Shown here one piece after another: positions 9,159 to 18,690 of a stretch of 64,000 nt of DNA; the first letter of the stretch is position 1; each line of letters starts with the position of its first letter. A model generated the notes under the pieces. The model worked only from the letters and a program-made list of their open reading frames with translations. It ran no database searches and was not told the origin of the DNA. The stretch is from contig CASFCW010000031.1 in NCBI GenBank assembly GCA_949293165.1, forward strand, positions 2,168 to 66,167. The letters run 5' to 3'. Made by a program: the position numbers and the translations under genes. Source of the stretch: an uncultured bacterium. GTDB taxonomy: Bacteria > Bacillota > Clostridia > Oscillospirales > Oscillospiraceae.

Positions 9159-11468
9159 TTATTCCGACGTCAGTTCCAGCTTGTCGTCGCTGACCTCCGC
9201 ATGGATATGATGGAGGGGGGCGCTGTAACGCTGGATCATCTCCAGGGCGATGGCGTCCTCCAGCTCCTTCTGGATGAGCCTGCGCAGATTCCGGGCCCCG
9301 TAGGTGGGCGAGAAGGACTTTTTCACCAGGTAGTCCACCAGGCTGTCCCCCCAGTCCAGGGTAATCCCCTTCTGGGCCATGGAATCCTTCAGCTCACCCA
9401 GCATCAGGGCGGCGATGGCCCGGAAATTGTCCTCCGTCAGCTGGTGGAAGTAGACAATCTCGTCGATGCGGTTCAAAAACTCCGGCCGCAGGAAATCCTG
9501 CAGCGCCTTCATGGCCCGCTCCTTCCCCTGCTCATCCACCGTGCGGTTGAAGCCCACCGACCCCACCTTGGAGCCGCTGCCGGCGTTGGAGGTCATCACA
9601 ATGACAGTGTTTTCAAAGTTCACCTTCCGGCCATGGGCGTCGGTGATGTGGCCGTCGTCCAAAATCTGGAGGAGGATGTTGAGCACATCGGGATGGGCCT
9701 TTTCAATCTCATCGAAAAGCACCACAGAGTAGGGCTTGCGGCGGATCTTCTCCGTCAGCTGGCCCGCCTCGTCATAGCCCACATAGCCGGGAGGGGAGCC
9801 GATGATCCGGGACACGGCGTGCTTTTCCATGAACTCGGACATGTCCAGCCGGATCAGGGCCTCCGGCACGTTGAACAGATCCTGGGCCAGCTGCTTGACC
9901 AGCTCCGTCTTGCCCACGCCGGTGGGCCCCACAAAGAGGAAGGACACCGGCTTACGCTTGGGGCTGATGCCCACCCGGCCGCGGCGGATGGCGGCGGCCA
10001 CGGCGGCAACCGCCTCATCCTGGCCGATGATGTGCAGCTTCAGCCGGTCCTCCAGCTTGGCCAGGCGTTCAAATTCCTGCTCCCGGATCTGGCTGGCGGG
10101 GATATTGGTCCACAACTCGATGACGTTGGCCAGGTGCTCCGCCTCCAGCTTGGGGTAAGCCTGGCCCCCCAGCTGCTGCTGCTCCGCCTCCAGCCGCAGC
10201 TCCATGCTGCGGATGGTGGCCAGACGGGCGTAGGCCTGTTCGGAATCGTTGGTCATCATGACCTCCTTTTCCTTCTCCAGGTCGGCCAGCTCCTTGGCAA
10301 TCTCCGCCTGCCGGGCCAGGGACTTGTTTTTCAGGTTCACATTGGAGCAGGCCTCGTCAATCAGGTCGATGGCCTTGTCCGGCAGATACCGGTCGGTGAT
10401 ATACCGCTCGCTCATGGTCACCGCCAGGCGGCACATCTCAGGGGGAATTTCCACCTGGTGATAGGCCTCATAGTAGGGGGCAATGCCCTCCAGGATAGCC
10501 ACGCTGTCGTCAATGGAGGGCTCCTCCACCACCACCGGCTGGAACCGGCGCTCCAGAGCGGTGTCCTTTTCAATGTGCTTGCGGTACTCGTTGAGGGTGG
10601 TGGCGCCGATTACCTGCAGCTCCCCCCGGCTGAGGGCAGGCTTGAGGATGTTGGCGGCGTTCATAGAGCCCTCCGCGTCCCCGGCGCCCACAATATTGTG
10701 TACCTCGTCAATGACCAGGATGATATTTCCCAGCTTGGTGATCTCCTCGATCAGCCCCTTCATCCGGCTTTCAAACTGCCCGCGGAACTGGGTGCCCGCC
10801 ACCAGGGCGGTGAGGTCCAGCAGATAGACCTCCTTGTCCTTCAGCTTGTAGGGCACATCCCCCTTGGCAATTTTGGCGGCCAGGCCCTCGGCGATGGCGG
10901 TCTTGCCCACGCCGGGCTCGCCGATCAGGCAGGGGTTGTTCTTCTGCCGCCGGTTGAGAATCTGGATCACCCGCTCCAGCTCCCGGTCCCGGCCGATCAG
11001 GGCGTCCAGCTTGCCCTCCCGGGCCCGTTTGCTCAGGGGGATGCAGTAACTGTCCAGGAATTTCCGCTTCCGGTCTCCCTTTCCCTTGCCGGGGCCGGGC
11101 TTTTCCTGGTTCTTATCCTCCTGGGCCGGCTGGGGGTTCCCGCCGCCGGGGCCGCCGTTGAACAGCTGGCTGAGGAAGGGGAAGGTGGCGGTGCGCCCGT
11201 CGTCCTCCTCTCCCTGGTCGTCCTCCTTGGGGATCAGGCCCTCCAGGGTCTGGGGATCACTGAGGGCGGTGGCCATCTCATTGGCCAGCCCTTCCAGCTC
11301 CTCGTCGGAAATCCCCATTTTCTGCATCATATCGTCAATGGGCTTCAAGCCCATCTGCCGGGCGCATTTCAGGCACAAACCCTCGTTTTTCGTCTCGCCG
11401 CCCTCCAGCTTTGTGATAAACACCACCGCCATATTTTTCTTACAGCGGCTGCACAGCATTGGCTGCAT
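9159..11468 (-). CDS. ATP-dependent Clp protease ATP-binding subunit, ClpE/ClpC type with N-terminal C4 zinc finger
   Basis: CSRC...CLKC N-terminus; Walker A motifs GEPGVGKT and GPTGVGKT; [21 protein letters not shown]; GGAG RBS before MQPMLC. Confidence 0.93.
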   Translation of the reverse strand: MQPMLCSRCKKNMAVVFITKLEGGETKNEGLCLKCARQMGLKPIDDMMQKMGISDEELEGLANEMATALSDPQTLEGLIPKEDDQGEEDDGRTATFPFLSQLFNGGPGGGNPQPAQEDKNQEKPGPGKGKGDRKRKFLDSYCIPLSKRAREGKLDALIGRDRELERVIQILNRRQKNNPCLIGEPGVGKTAIAEGLAAKIAKGDVPYKLKDKEVYLLDLTALVAGTQFRGQFESRMKGLIEEITKLGNIILVIDEVHNIVGAGDAEGSMNAANILKPALSRGELQVIGATTLNEYRKHIEKDTALERRFQPVVVEEPSIDDSVAILEGIAPYYEAYHQVEIPPEMCRLAVTMSERYITDRYLPDKAIDLIDEACSNVNLKNKSLARQAEIAKELADLEKEKEVMMTNDSEQAYARLATIRSMELRLEAEQQQLGGQAYPKLEAEHLANVIELWTNIPASQIREQEFERLAKLEDRLKLHIIGQDEAVAAVAAAIRRGRVGISPKRKPVSFLFVGPTGVGKTELVKQLAQDLFNVPEALIRLDMSEFMEKHAVSRIIGSPPGYVGYDEAGQLTEKIRRKPYSVVLFDEIEKAHPDVLNILLQILDDGHITDAHGRKVNFENTVIVMTSNAGSGSKVGSVGFNRTVDEQGKERAMKALQDFLRPEFLNRIDEIVYFHQLTEDNFRAIAALMLGELKDSMAQKGITLDWGDSLVDYLVKKSFSPTYGARNLRRLIQKELEDAIALEMIQRYSAPLHHIHAEVSDDKLELTSE

Positions 11469-11537
11469 AGCAATCAACTCCTTTCTGGAGAGTACAGGGT
11501 ATACCGTACACCATAATTATGAACTGGTCATGAATGT

Positions 11538-12257
11538 TCAAAAGAATGAAACCACCAGGGCGATGGGATTGGTGGTGCAGAACCAGCGCAGCAGCACCGA
11601 CTGCTCCACCGCCTGCTGGGGCAGCACCGACCGCAGCAGCCAGCAGGCAATGAACAGCACCACGCCGCCCCGAACCAGGCCGGCCGCGCCGCCGGCCCAG
11701 CGGTTGACCGTATACAGCACCGGCAGGCGGCAGGCCAGGTCCAGCGCCCGGCTCAGCAGCGTCCAGGCCACCAGCACCAGCACAAAGCCGATGACAAACA
11801 GCACCATACGGGTGATCTCCCGGGCGATATAGGCCGCCAAAGCCTGGGCCGCGCTGGTGGTTACCTCCAGCACCCCCTGGCCTACTGCCTCATGGACAGA
11901 CTGGACGAAGCCGGACACCAGGGGATTGTCCTGCAGCAGCTCCAGCAGCTGGTCCATGGAAAACTGGTCGGCGATATCGGTTTCCGGCTGGCTGCCGGCG
12001 GGGTCCGGCTGCTCCATGGTCCAGCCCTGCTCCTCCAGGGCGTCCTCCAAAGCGGCGGAGATGCTCTGCTCCACCACCGGGCGCACCGCGTGGCTCACCG
12101 GCTCAGCCAGGGTGTTGGACAGCACCAGGGCCCCGAAGAAGGCCACAAACACGGCCAACATACCGCACAGGGTGAGCACGAGGCCCTTCTGGCAGCCCCG
12201 TATCACAGCCACCAGCAAAACAACTGCAATCAAAAGGTCAAAGAAAATGGCGCTCAT
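11538..12257 (-). CDS. CvpA (colicin V production) family membrane protein
   Basis: FDLLIAVVLLVAVIRGCQKGLV N-terminus; NRWAGGAAGLVRG near the C-terminus. Confidence 0.72.
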   Translation of the reverse strand: MSAIFFDLLIAVVLLVAVIRGCQKGLVLTLCGMLAVFVAFFGALVLSNTLAEPVSHAVRPVVEQSISAALEDALEEQGWTMEQPDPAGSQPETDIADQFSMDQLLELLQDNPLVSGFVQSVHEAVGQGVLEVTTSAAQALAAYIAREITRMVLFVIGFVLVLVAWTLLSRALDLACRLPVLYTVNRWAGGAAGLVRGGVVLFIACWLLRSVLPQQAVEQSVLLRWFCTTNPIALVVSFF

Positions 12258-12278
12258 TGTATCTCCTTTCCGCTGCCG

Positions 12279-13436
12279 TCAGCCAGGCAGGTACATCCAC
12301 ACCTGCTGGGCGTTTGCCAGCACCGCCGCCCCCGTTTCCGTCATGGAGAGGTACCGGGCGTTCTGGGTATCCTCCAGGGTGCTGTATGGGGTAAAATCCC
12401 TGGTAAAGATGGACAGCGTATCTCCGGCCAGCACGCCGGCGTACCGGCCCGCGCCGTCCACCGCCAGCACACCGGAGTTGAAGGTCTGGCTGCCCAGCTC
12501 CTGCCCGGCGGCGTCCACCGTAACCACCTGGTTGGCCGAACCCTCCCGGTAGCGGCCCAGCAGCACCACTGCAAAGCCGTCGCCCCCCAGGCTGCATCCC
12601 TTCAAATAGTTCCGGCCAAAGGAATATTGGCTGCTCTCCCCGCCGTTGGGGTCCACCACGGTCAGGCCGCTTTCCCACAGCACCCACAAAGCCCCGTCCT
12701 CATAGTCCAGGTCCAGGGGCATCCCGTTGCCCAGGGACACCACGGTGTAGGGCTCCCTCTCATTCACGTGGTAGAAGCGGACCTGGCTTTGGAAGCTGCC
12801 CCCCGACTGGCCCAGGGTGACCACAGCCACGGTTTTGCAGTCCGGGGAGATGGCCGCGTCCACAATGAAGGTGCTGGACAGGTTGACCTTGATGATCTCC
12901 TTCTCATAGCTGCTGTCGTAGACGGTGACGCTGCCCTTGAAGCCGCTCTCCTGGGCCGTCAGCGCCAGCCAACCGCTGTCGTTGACCCGGGCGGAGAGCA
13001 CCTCCACCCCCGGCTTGACATTCTCCAGCTGGAACACCCGCTCAATGCCCCGGTAGACGGACAGGTGATCCCCGCCCACATCATACACCACCCCGGTGTC
13101 CCCCGCGGCGTGCACCACCGGCCGTTCCAGGCTGATGACCTGCTGGGCGTACTGCTCCCCGGAAAAGGAGTAGTACCACTCCCCTGACTGGGAGGCGGCG
13201 AGGATTCCGTTGTCCAGATAGGCAAAGGAGGCCCGGTCACCGCCTGCGTGGCTGAAGGGCTCCACCGTCCCGGTCTCGCCGGTTTTCAGGTCCCGGTACT
13301 CCATCCAGCGGCGCAGGGCGTCCAGATTGAACTTGTCCCGGTAGACCACCAGCACCAGGGCCCCCAGCAGCAAAGCCGCGGTGAGCAGCAGGGCCAGCAC
13401 CCGCAGCAGAATGGGTTGCTTTTCTTCTCTCTTCAT
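12279..13436 (-). CDS. Membrane-anchored beta-propeller protein (DUF5711-like)
   Basis: One N-terminal TM helix followed by repeated beta-rich segments (VYDVGG, VTVYD, DAAISPD); commonly next to cvpA in Clostridia (recalled). Confidence 0.6.
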   Translation of the reverse strand: MKREEKQPILLRVLALLLTAALLLGALVLVVYRDKFNLDALRRWMEYRDLKTGETGTVEPFSHAGGDRASFAYLDNGILAASQSGEWYYSFSGEQYAQQVISLERPVVHAAGDTGVVYDVGGDHLSVYRGIERVFQLENVKPGVEVLSARVNDSGWLALTAQESGFKGSVTVYDSSYEKEIIKVNLSSTFIVDAAISPDCKTVAVVTLGQSGGSFQSQVRFYHVNEREPYTVVSLGNGMPLDLDYEDGALWVLWESGLTVVDPNGGESSQYSFGRNYLKGCSLGGDGFAVVLLGRYREGSANQVVTVDAAGQELGSQTFNSGVLAVDGAGRYAGVLAGDTLSIFTRDFTPYSTLEDTQNARYLSMTETGAAVLANAQQVWMYLPG

Positions 13437-13463
13437 GGCGTTTCCTCTTTCCGGTCTGTGGCG

Positions 13464-14216
13464 CTACAGCACATCCTCATCGTACCAAAGCTGGGTCATG
13501 TACAGCCCACCAGGCGGGACGGTGGGGCCGGCCAGCGTCCGGTTGCCCGACTCCAGGATGGCGGGGATGTCCCGGTAGTCCAGCTTCCCGTCGGCGGCGT
13601 AGACGATGGTACCCACCATGGCACGCACCATGTTATACAAAAAGCCGTTGGCGCACACACTACACTCTATCAAATCCCCCCGGCGAAGGACGTTGAAATA
13701 ATGCACCGTCCGCACCGTGGTCTTGGTTTCCGTCCCCACAGAGCGCACCGCCCGGAAATCGTGGGTACCCACAAACTGGCTGGCCGCCCGCTGCATGAGC
13801 TCCTCATCCAGCCGCCGGGGGTAGAACCAGGCCCGATCCACATAAAAGGGGTTGCCCAGGCGGGAGTTATAGATCCGGTATGTATATTCCTTCTTCCGGC
13901 AGGAGCCGATGGCGTTGAATTCCATGGGCACCTGGGTGGCCTTCACCACCACAATGTCCCGGGGCAGCCGGGTATTCACCGCCAGGGGAATGCGGTCGCA
14001 GGGGATGGCGGAGGTGGTGCGGAAGTTGGCGATGTAGGTCTCCGCGTGCACCCCCGCGTCGGTGCGCCCCGCCCCGGTGCATTTCACCGGGTGGCACACC
14101 ACCGTGGCCAGGGCCCTTTCCAGGGTCTCAGCCACGGTGACGGCGTTCTTCTGCACCTGCCATCCGTGATAGGCGGTGCCGTTATACATCAGTTTCAGGG
14201 CAATGTTACGTTCCAT
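13464..14216 (-). CDS. truA: tRNA pseudouridine(38-40) synthase
   Basis: YNGTAYHGWQVQ, GAGRTDAGVHA, GTHDF, GFLYNMVR. Confidence 0.96.
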   Translation of the reverse strand: MERNIALKLMYNGTAYHGWQVQKNAVTVAETLERALATVVCHPVKCTGAGRTDAGVHAETYIANFRTTSAIPCDRIPLAVNTRLPRDIVVVKATQVPMEFNAIGSCRKKEYTYRIYNSRLGNPFYVDRAWFYPRRLDEELMQRAASQFVGTHDFRAVRSVGTETKTTVRTVHYFNVLRRGDLIECSVCANGFLYNMVRAMVGTIVYAADGKLDYRDIPAILESGNRTLAGPTVPPGGLYMTQLWYDEDVL

Positions 14217-14249
14217 GGGTTCTCCTGTTTTCTTCATAACTCCGGCAGC

Positions 14250-15059
14250 TTACCAGCCCATCCGGCCCAGCACGCCCACCAGCACAGTCACCACAACCAT
14301 CAGCCCCAGCGTCATCCAGTCACTCCCCTGGTACTGCAGCCGGCGCATCCGGGTGCGGCCCTCCCCGCCGTGGTAGCAGCGGCACTCCATAGCCACCGCC
14401 AGCTCGTCGGCCCGGCGGAAGGCGGAGATAAACAGGGGCACCAGCAGGGGCACCATAGCCTTGGCCCGGCGGATCAGCCCGCCGGTTTCAAAGTCGGCGC
14501 CCCGGGCCCGCTGGGCGGACATGATCTTGTCCGTCTCCTCAATCAGGGTGGGGATGAACCGCAGGGCGATGGACATCATCATGGACAGCTCGTGTACCGG
14601 CACATGGACGGCCTTCAGCGGCCCCAGCAGGGACTCCATCCCGTCGGTCAGCAGGATGGGAGAGGTGGTATAGGTCAGCAGGAAGGTGCCCGCAATGAGC
14701 ATCAGAATCCGGGCCACCATGAAAAAGGCGCTGAGCACGCCCTCCAGGGTCACGGTGAGCACCCAAACCTTCACCAGCACCGTCTCCCCTGGGGTATAAA
14801 ACAGGTTTATCAGGGCGGTGAACACCAAAATGAACACCACCGGCTTCATGCCCCCCACCAGGGACTTGAGGGGCACCCGGGAGATCCGGACCGCCAGGGC
14901 CAGCAGCAGGAACAGCAGCCCGTAGGTCACAAACCAGTCGGCCAGAAACAGGGCGACGATGTACAGGGTGACGGCAATCAGCTTTGTCCTGGGGTCCAGC
15001 CGGTGGAGGAAGGAGGTACCGGGGAAATACTGGCCCAGGGTAATATCCTTCAATGCCAT
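14250..15059 (-). CDS. ecfT: ECF transporter transmembrane T component
   Basis: LDPRTK, IALRFIPTLIEE, AQRARG, AMECRCY motifs. Confidence 0.94.
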   Translation of the reverse strand: MALKDITLGQYFPGTSFLHRLDPRTKLIAVTLYIVALFLADWFVTYGLLFLLLALAVRISRVPLKSLVGGMKPVVFILVFTALINLFYTPGETVLVKVWVLTVTLEGVLSAFFMVARILMLIAGTFLLTYTTSPILLTDGMESLLGPLKAVHVPVHELSMMMSIALRFIPTLIEETDKIMSAQRARGADFETGGLIRRAKAMVPLLVPLFISAFRRADELAVAMECRCYHGGEGRTRMRRLQYQGSDWMTLGLMVVVTVLVGVLGRMGW

Positions 15060-15060
15060 A

Positions 15061-15927
15061 TTACTCCGCCCCCTTTCCCGCCATGGCGTCCAGCACGGCC
15101 TGCTTGGCCTGCTGGATGGTATACACCGACCGGCCCACGTCCACGCCCATGGCCCGCAGGCGGTTGAACACCCGGGTCATCTGGGGCACGCCCAGGCCCA
15201 TGGCCTCCAGCTCCGGCCCATGGCGGAACACCTCGCTGGGCGTCCCTTGGTAGGGGATAACGCCGTCGTTGACCACCACCAGGCGATCCACGGTCCGGGC
15301 CACCTCCTCCATGGAGTGGGAGACCAGGATGATGGTGGCGTTGTGGGCCTGGTGATAGTCCCGGATGTTGCCCAGGATGGACTCCACACCCACCGGGTCC
15401 AGACCGGCGGTGGGCTCGTCCAGAATCAGCACCTTGGGCTCCATGGCAATCACCCCGGCGATGGCCACCCGGCGCTTCTGCCCGCCGGACAGCTCAAAGG
15501 GGGATTTCTCCAGCTGCTCCTCCCGCAGGCCCACAAAGCCGGCGGCCTGGCGCACCCGGCGGTCAATCTCCCCTTCCTCCAGCCCCATATTTCTCGGGCC
15601 GAAGGCGATATCCTTGTAAACCGTCTCCTCAAACAGCTGGTACTCCGGGTACTGGAACACCAGCCCCACCTGGAACCGGGTCTGTCGGGTGGCGGCAGGG
15701 CTGGCCCAGATGTCCTCCCCCTGGAACAGCACCTGGCCCCCGGTGGGCTTGAGCAGGCCGTTGAGATGCTGGATCAGGGTGGATTTCCCCGATCCGGTAT
15801 GTCCGATAATCCCCAGGTATTCCCCGGGGTATGCGGTAAAGTCCACATCCAGCAGGGCGCCCCGTTCAAAGGGCGTGCCGGCGGAGTAGACATGTGATAG
15901 CTTTTTGGTTTCCAGAATGGGCTGCAT
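15061..15927 (-). CDS. ecfA2: ECF transporter ATPase A2
   Basis: YSAGTPFE, GHTGSGKST, VFQYPEYQLFEETV, LSGGQKRRVA. Confidence 0.94.
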   Translation of the reverse strand: MQPILETKKLSHVYSAGTPFERGALLDVDFTAYPGEYLGIIGHTGSGKSTLIQHLNGLLKPTGGQVLFQGEDIWASPAATRQTRFQVGLVFQYPEYQLFEETVYKDIAFGPRNMGLEEGEIDRRVRQAAGFVGLREEQLEKSPFELSGGQKRRVAIAGVIAMEPKVLILDEPTAGLDPVGVESILGNIRDYHQAHNATIILVSHSMEEVARTVDRLVVVNDGVIPYQGTPSEVFRHGPELEAMGLGVPQMTRVFNRLRAMGVDVGRSVYTIQQAKQAVLDAMAGKGAE

Positions 15928-15990
15928 ATTGCAATTCCGTCCTTTTTCTTCGTGGTGCATGTCCCCCAGGGGGATCACGCCCAAAGGGTT

Positions 15991-16839
15991 TTACCGGGTC
16001 AGCAGCGCCTTCAGCGCCTGAGCGCATTCCTCATCGCTGAGGGCGTCCAGAGGGACCTCCAGCCCCGCCTGCCGCAGCTCCCACAGCAGCTGGGTGGTGT
16101 CGGGCACCGTCAGGCCCACTGCCTTCAGGCCCTCCACATCCCGAAAGACCTCCTTGGGGGTGCCGTCGGCAATCACTTTGCCCTTGGCCATAACCACCAG
16201 CCGGTCAGCCTGGGCGGCCTCGTCCATGTGGTGAGTAATCAGCACCACCGTCACCCCCCGCTCCCGGTTCAGCTGCTTGATGGTGCGCAGCACATCCGCC
16301 CGGCCGATGGGGTCCAGCATGGCGGTGGGCTCGTCCAGCACAATGCACCGGGGGGCCATGGCAATCACGCCGGCGATGGCGATGCGCTGCTTCTGTCCGC
16401 CGGACAGCAGATGGGGGGCGTGCTCCCGGAACTGGTACATCCCCACCGCCTTCAACGCGTCGTCTACCCGGCGGCGGATCTCCTCTGGGGGCACTCCCAG
16501 ATTCTCCGGGGCAAAGGCCACATCCTCCTCCACCACGTTGGCCACGATCTGGTTGTCCGGGTTCTGGAACACCATACCCACCGTGCGGCGGATCTCCAGC
16601 AGCAGCTGCTCCTGGGTGGTGTCCATCCCGTCCACGTAAACCGCGCCCCCGGTGGGCAGCAGGATGCCGTTCATATGCTTGGCCAGGGTGGATTTCCCGC
16701 TGCCGTTGTGGCCCAGGACGGCCACAAAGGAGCCCTCCTCAATGGCCAGATCCACGCCGTCCAGCACAATGGGGGCCACCCCTTCCGCTGTCACGTAGGA
16801 AAAATGCAGATTTTCGGTTTGAATAATGGGCTTACTCAT
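15991..16839 (-). CDS. ecfA1: ECF transporter ATPase A1
   Basis: GHNGSGKST, VFQNPDNQIV, LSGGQKQR. Confidence 0.94.
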   Translation of the reverse strand: MSKPIIQTENLHFSYVTAEGVAPIVLDGVDLAIEEGSFVAVLGHNGSGKSTLAKHMNGILLPTGGAVYVDGMDTTQEQLLLEIRRTVGMVFQNPDNQIVANVVEEDVAFAPENLGVPPEEIRRRVDDALKAVGMYQFREHAPHLLSGGQKQRIAIAGVIAMAPRCIVLDEPTAMLDPIGRADVLRTIKQLNRERGVTVVLITHHMDEAAQADRLVVMAKGKVIADGTPKEVFRDVEGLKAVGLTVPDTTQLLWELRQAGLEVPLDALSDEECAQALKALLTR

Positions 16840-16881
16840 GATAACGCACATGCCCTCCCTGTTTGGAAGTATCTCGTCCCG

Positions 16882-17745
16882 TCAGCCCCGCAGCCACCGC
16901 CCGGTGGCCCCGCAGGGCAGGGCCAGGCCGCTTTCCGTCACCGGCAGGCCCAGCTCATCGGACACGGTGTGCCCGCCGAACTTTTTGGAAATCAGCGTCT
17001 CCAGAATATAGGTCAGCACCGAGGGGGCCAGGCCGGTGGTGTAGGAGTTGAGGATCACAAACAGCGGTTCCTCAGACAGCACCCCGGACACCAGCTCCAC
17101 AAAGGGATACAGGTTTTCCTCCAGCCGCCAGACCTCCCCCGAGGGGCCCCGTCCATAGCTGGGGGGGTCCATGATAATGGCGTCGTATGTACGCCCCCGG
17201 CGGATCTCCCGCTCCACAAACTTGGCACAGTCGTCCACAATCCAGCGGATGGGGGCCTCCTCCAGATGGGAGGAGGCGGCGTTCTCCCTGGCCCAGGACA
17301 CCATGCCTCTGGCCGCGTCCACATGGCACACACTGGCCCCCGCGGCGGCGCAGGCCACGGTAGCCCCGCCGGTGTAGGCAAACAGGTTCAGCACCCGGAT
17401 GGGCCGCCCGGCCTTCCGGATCTGCTCCCCCGCCCAGTCCCAGTTGGCCGCCTGCTCGGGAAACAGGCCGGTGTGCTTGAAGTTCATGGGCTTGATATTA
17501 AAGGTGAGGCTGCCGTAATCCACCGTCCATCGCTGGGGCATGGAGTTGTTGTGCCACTGGCCGCCCCCGGTGGAGGAGCGGGCATACCGCCCGGCGTTGC
17601 GCTTCCAGCCCTGATGGGTGCGGGGCGTGTTCCAGATGGCCTGGGGGTCGGGCCGCACCAGCAGCTGATCCCCCCAGCGCTCCAGCTTTTCCCCCCTGCC
17701 GCAGTCGATCAGCTCATAATCCTTCCAACCGTCGGAAACCCACAT
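16882..17745 (-). CDS. Class I SAM-dependent methyltransferase (RlmI/YwbD-like)
   Basis: KHTGLFPEQ, VLNLFAYTGG, DAIIMDPPSYGRG. Confidence 0.88.
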   Translation of the reverse strand: MWVSDGWKDYELIDCGRGEKLERWGDQLLVRPDPQAIWNTPRTHQGWKRNAGRYARSSTGGGQWHNNSMPQRWTVDYGSLTFNIKPMNFKHTGLFPEQAANWDWAGEQIRKAGRPIRVLNLFAYTGGATVACAAAGASVCHVDAARGMVSWARENAASSHLEEAPIRWIVDDCAKFVEREIRRGRTYDAIIMDPPSYGRGPSGEVWRLEENLYPFVELVSGVLSEEPLFVILNSYTTGLAPSVLTYILETLISKKFGGHTVSDELGLPVTESGLALPCGATGRWLRG

Positions 17746-17788
17746 AACGGCGCACCTCACAGTTCCATAGCAGTTTAAAAACTAATAC

Positions 17789-17817
17789 AGTATACCATCC
17801 AGTAGGGACGCAGTCAA
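17789..17817 (-). promoter_or_regulatory. Sigma-A promoter of the methyltransferase-ecf-truA unit
   Basis: TTGACT-17bp-TATACT with TGn extension. Confidence 0.7.
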
Positions 17818-17852
17818 TGAAAACCCCGTAAAAAAGGTAGGCTGAACGGGCG

Positions 17853-18230
17853 CTATTCTCCCCCCTTTTTCCCAAACAGCTCCCAAATCCCCACCGCCGC
17901 CAGAAAGGCGCCGAAGCACCGGCGCAGCAGCCCCACATCCAGGGCCGTTGCCATCCAGGCCGCCGCCCCCGCCAGCGCCAGCCCCGCCCCGATGGCGGGC
18001 AGCAGCACCGGCTTTGCCACATGCCCGCCCTTCCAGTGGGCGGGCAGGGCCAGCGCCGCCGCCGGCAGAAAATACAGCAGGTTGATCCCCTGGGCCTGGT
18101 GCTGATCCACCCCGGCGAACACCGTCAGATAAACCAGCAGCAGGGTGCCGCCCCCCACGCCGCAGCCGGACAGCACCCCCGTAGCCGCCCCCACCGCCAG
18201 GGGCACAATCCATTGGGTCACAGCAGACAT
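17853..18230 (-). CDS. Half-size TauE/SafE (TSUP) family permease, second gene
   Basis: GVLSGCGVGGGTLLL, DQHQAQGINLLYFLP; 125 aa and hydrophobic. Confidence 0.78.
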   Translation of the reverse strand: MSAVTQWIVPLAVGAATGVLSGCGVGGGTLLLVYLTVFAGVDQHQAQGINLLYFLPAAALALPAHWKGGHVAKPVLLPAIGAGLALAGAAAWMATALDVGLLRRCFGAFLAAVGIWELFGKKGGE

Positions 18231-18571
18231 CGGATTCCTCCATAGATCAGCAGCAGGCCAAACAGCCGCCGCAGCCATTTCATGTTCATCCCGCCGAACC
18301 ATTTTCCCCCCAACCAGCCGCCCAAAGCACCCCCCGCCAGGTAGGGCGCCGCAGCCATCAGGTCCAGCCGCCCCCGGGCCAGATAAATGCCCGCCGACAG
18401 CACACACAGGGGAAAAATCACCGCCACCGAGGTGGCGAAGGCCTGCCGCTGGCTCAGCCCGCACAGCCGGGTAAGCAGCGGCACCAGCACCGAGCCACCG
18501 CCGCCGCCAAACAGCCCGTTGCACAGCCCGGCCAGCCCGCCCGCCGCCCCGGCAGCCCACCGTTTTTTCAT
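18218..18571 (-). CDS. Half-size TauE/SafE (TSUP) family permease, first gene
   Basis: GLCNGLFGGGGGSVLVP, QRQAFATSVAVIFP; 117 aa; GGAGG RBS. Confidence 0.78.
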   Translation of the reverse strand: MKKRWAAGAAGGLAGLCNGLFGGGGGSVLVPLLTRLCGLSQRQAFATSVAVIFPLCVLSAGIYLARGRLDLMAAAPYLAGGALGGWLGGKWFGGMNMKWLRRLFGLLLIYGGIRCLL

Positions 18572-18690
18572 TCCGCTCCCTCCTTCTCCCCTTAATATGG
18601 CAGATGCCGCCGGTTTTATAAGTCCCACCGCCCTTCTCAACCGCCTTTCTGTCTGGTATACTGGAGTCATTCAGAAAGGAGGGAGGGCCC

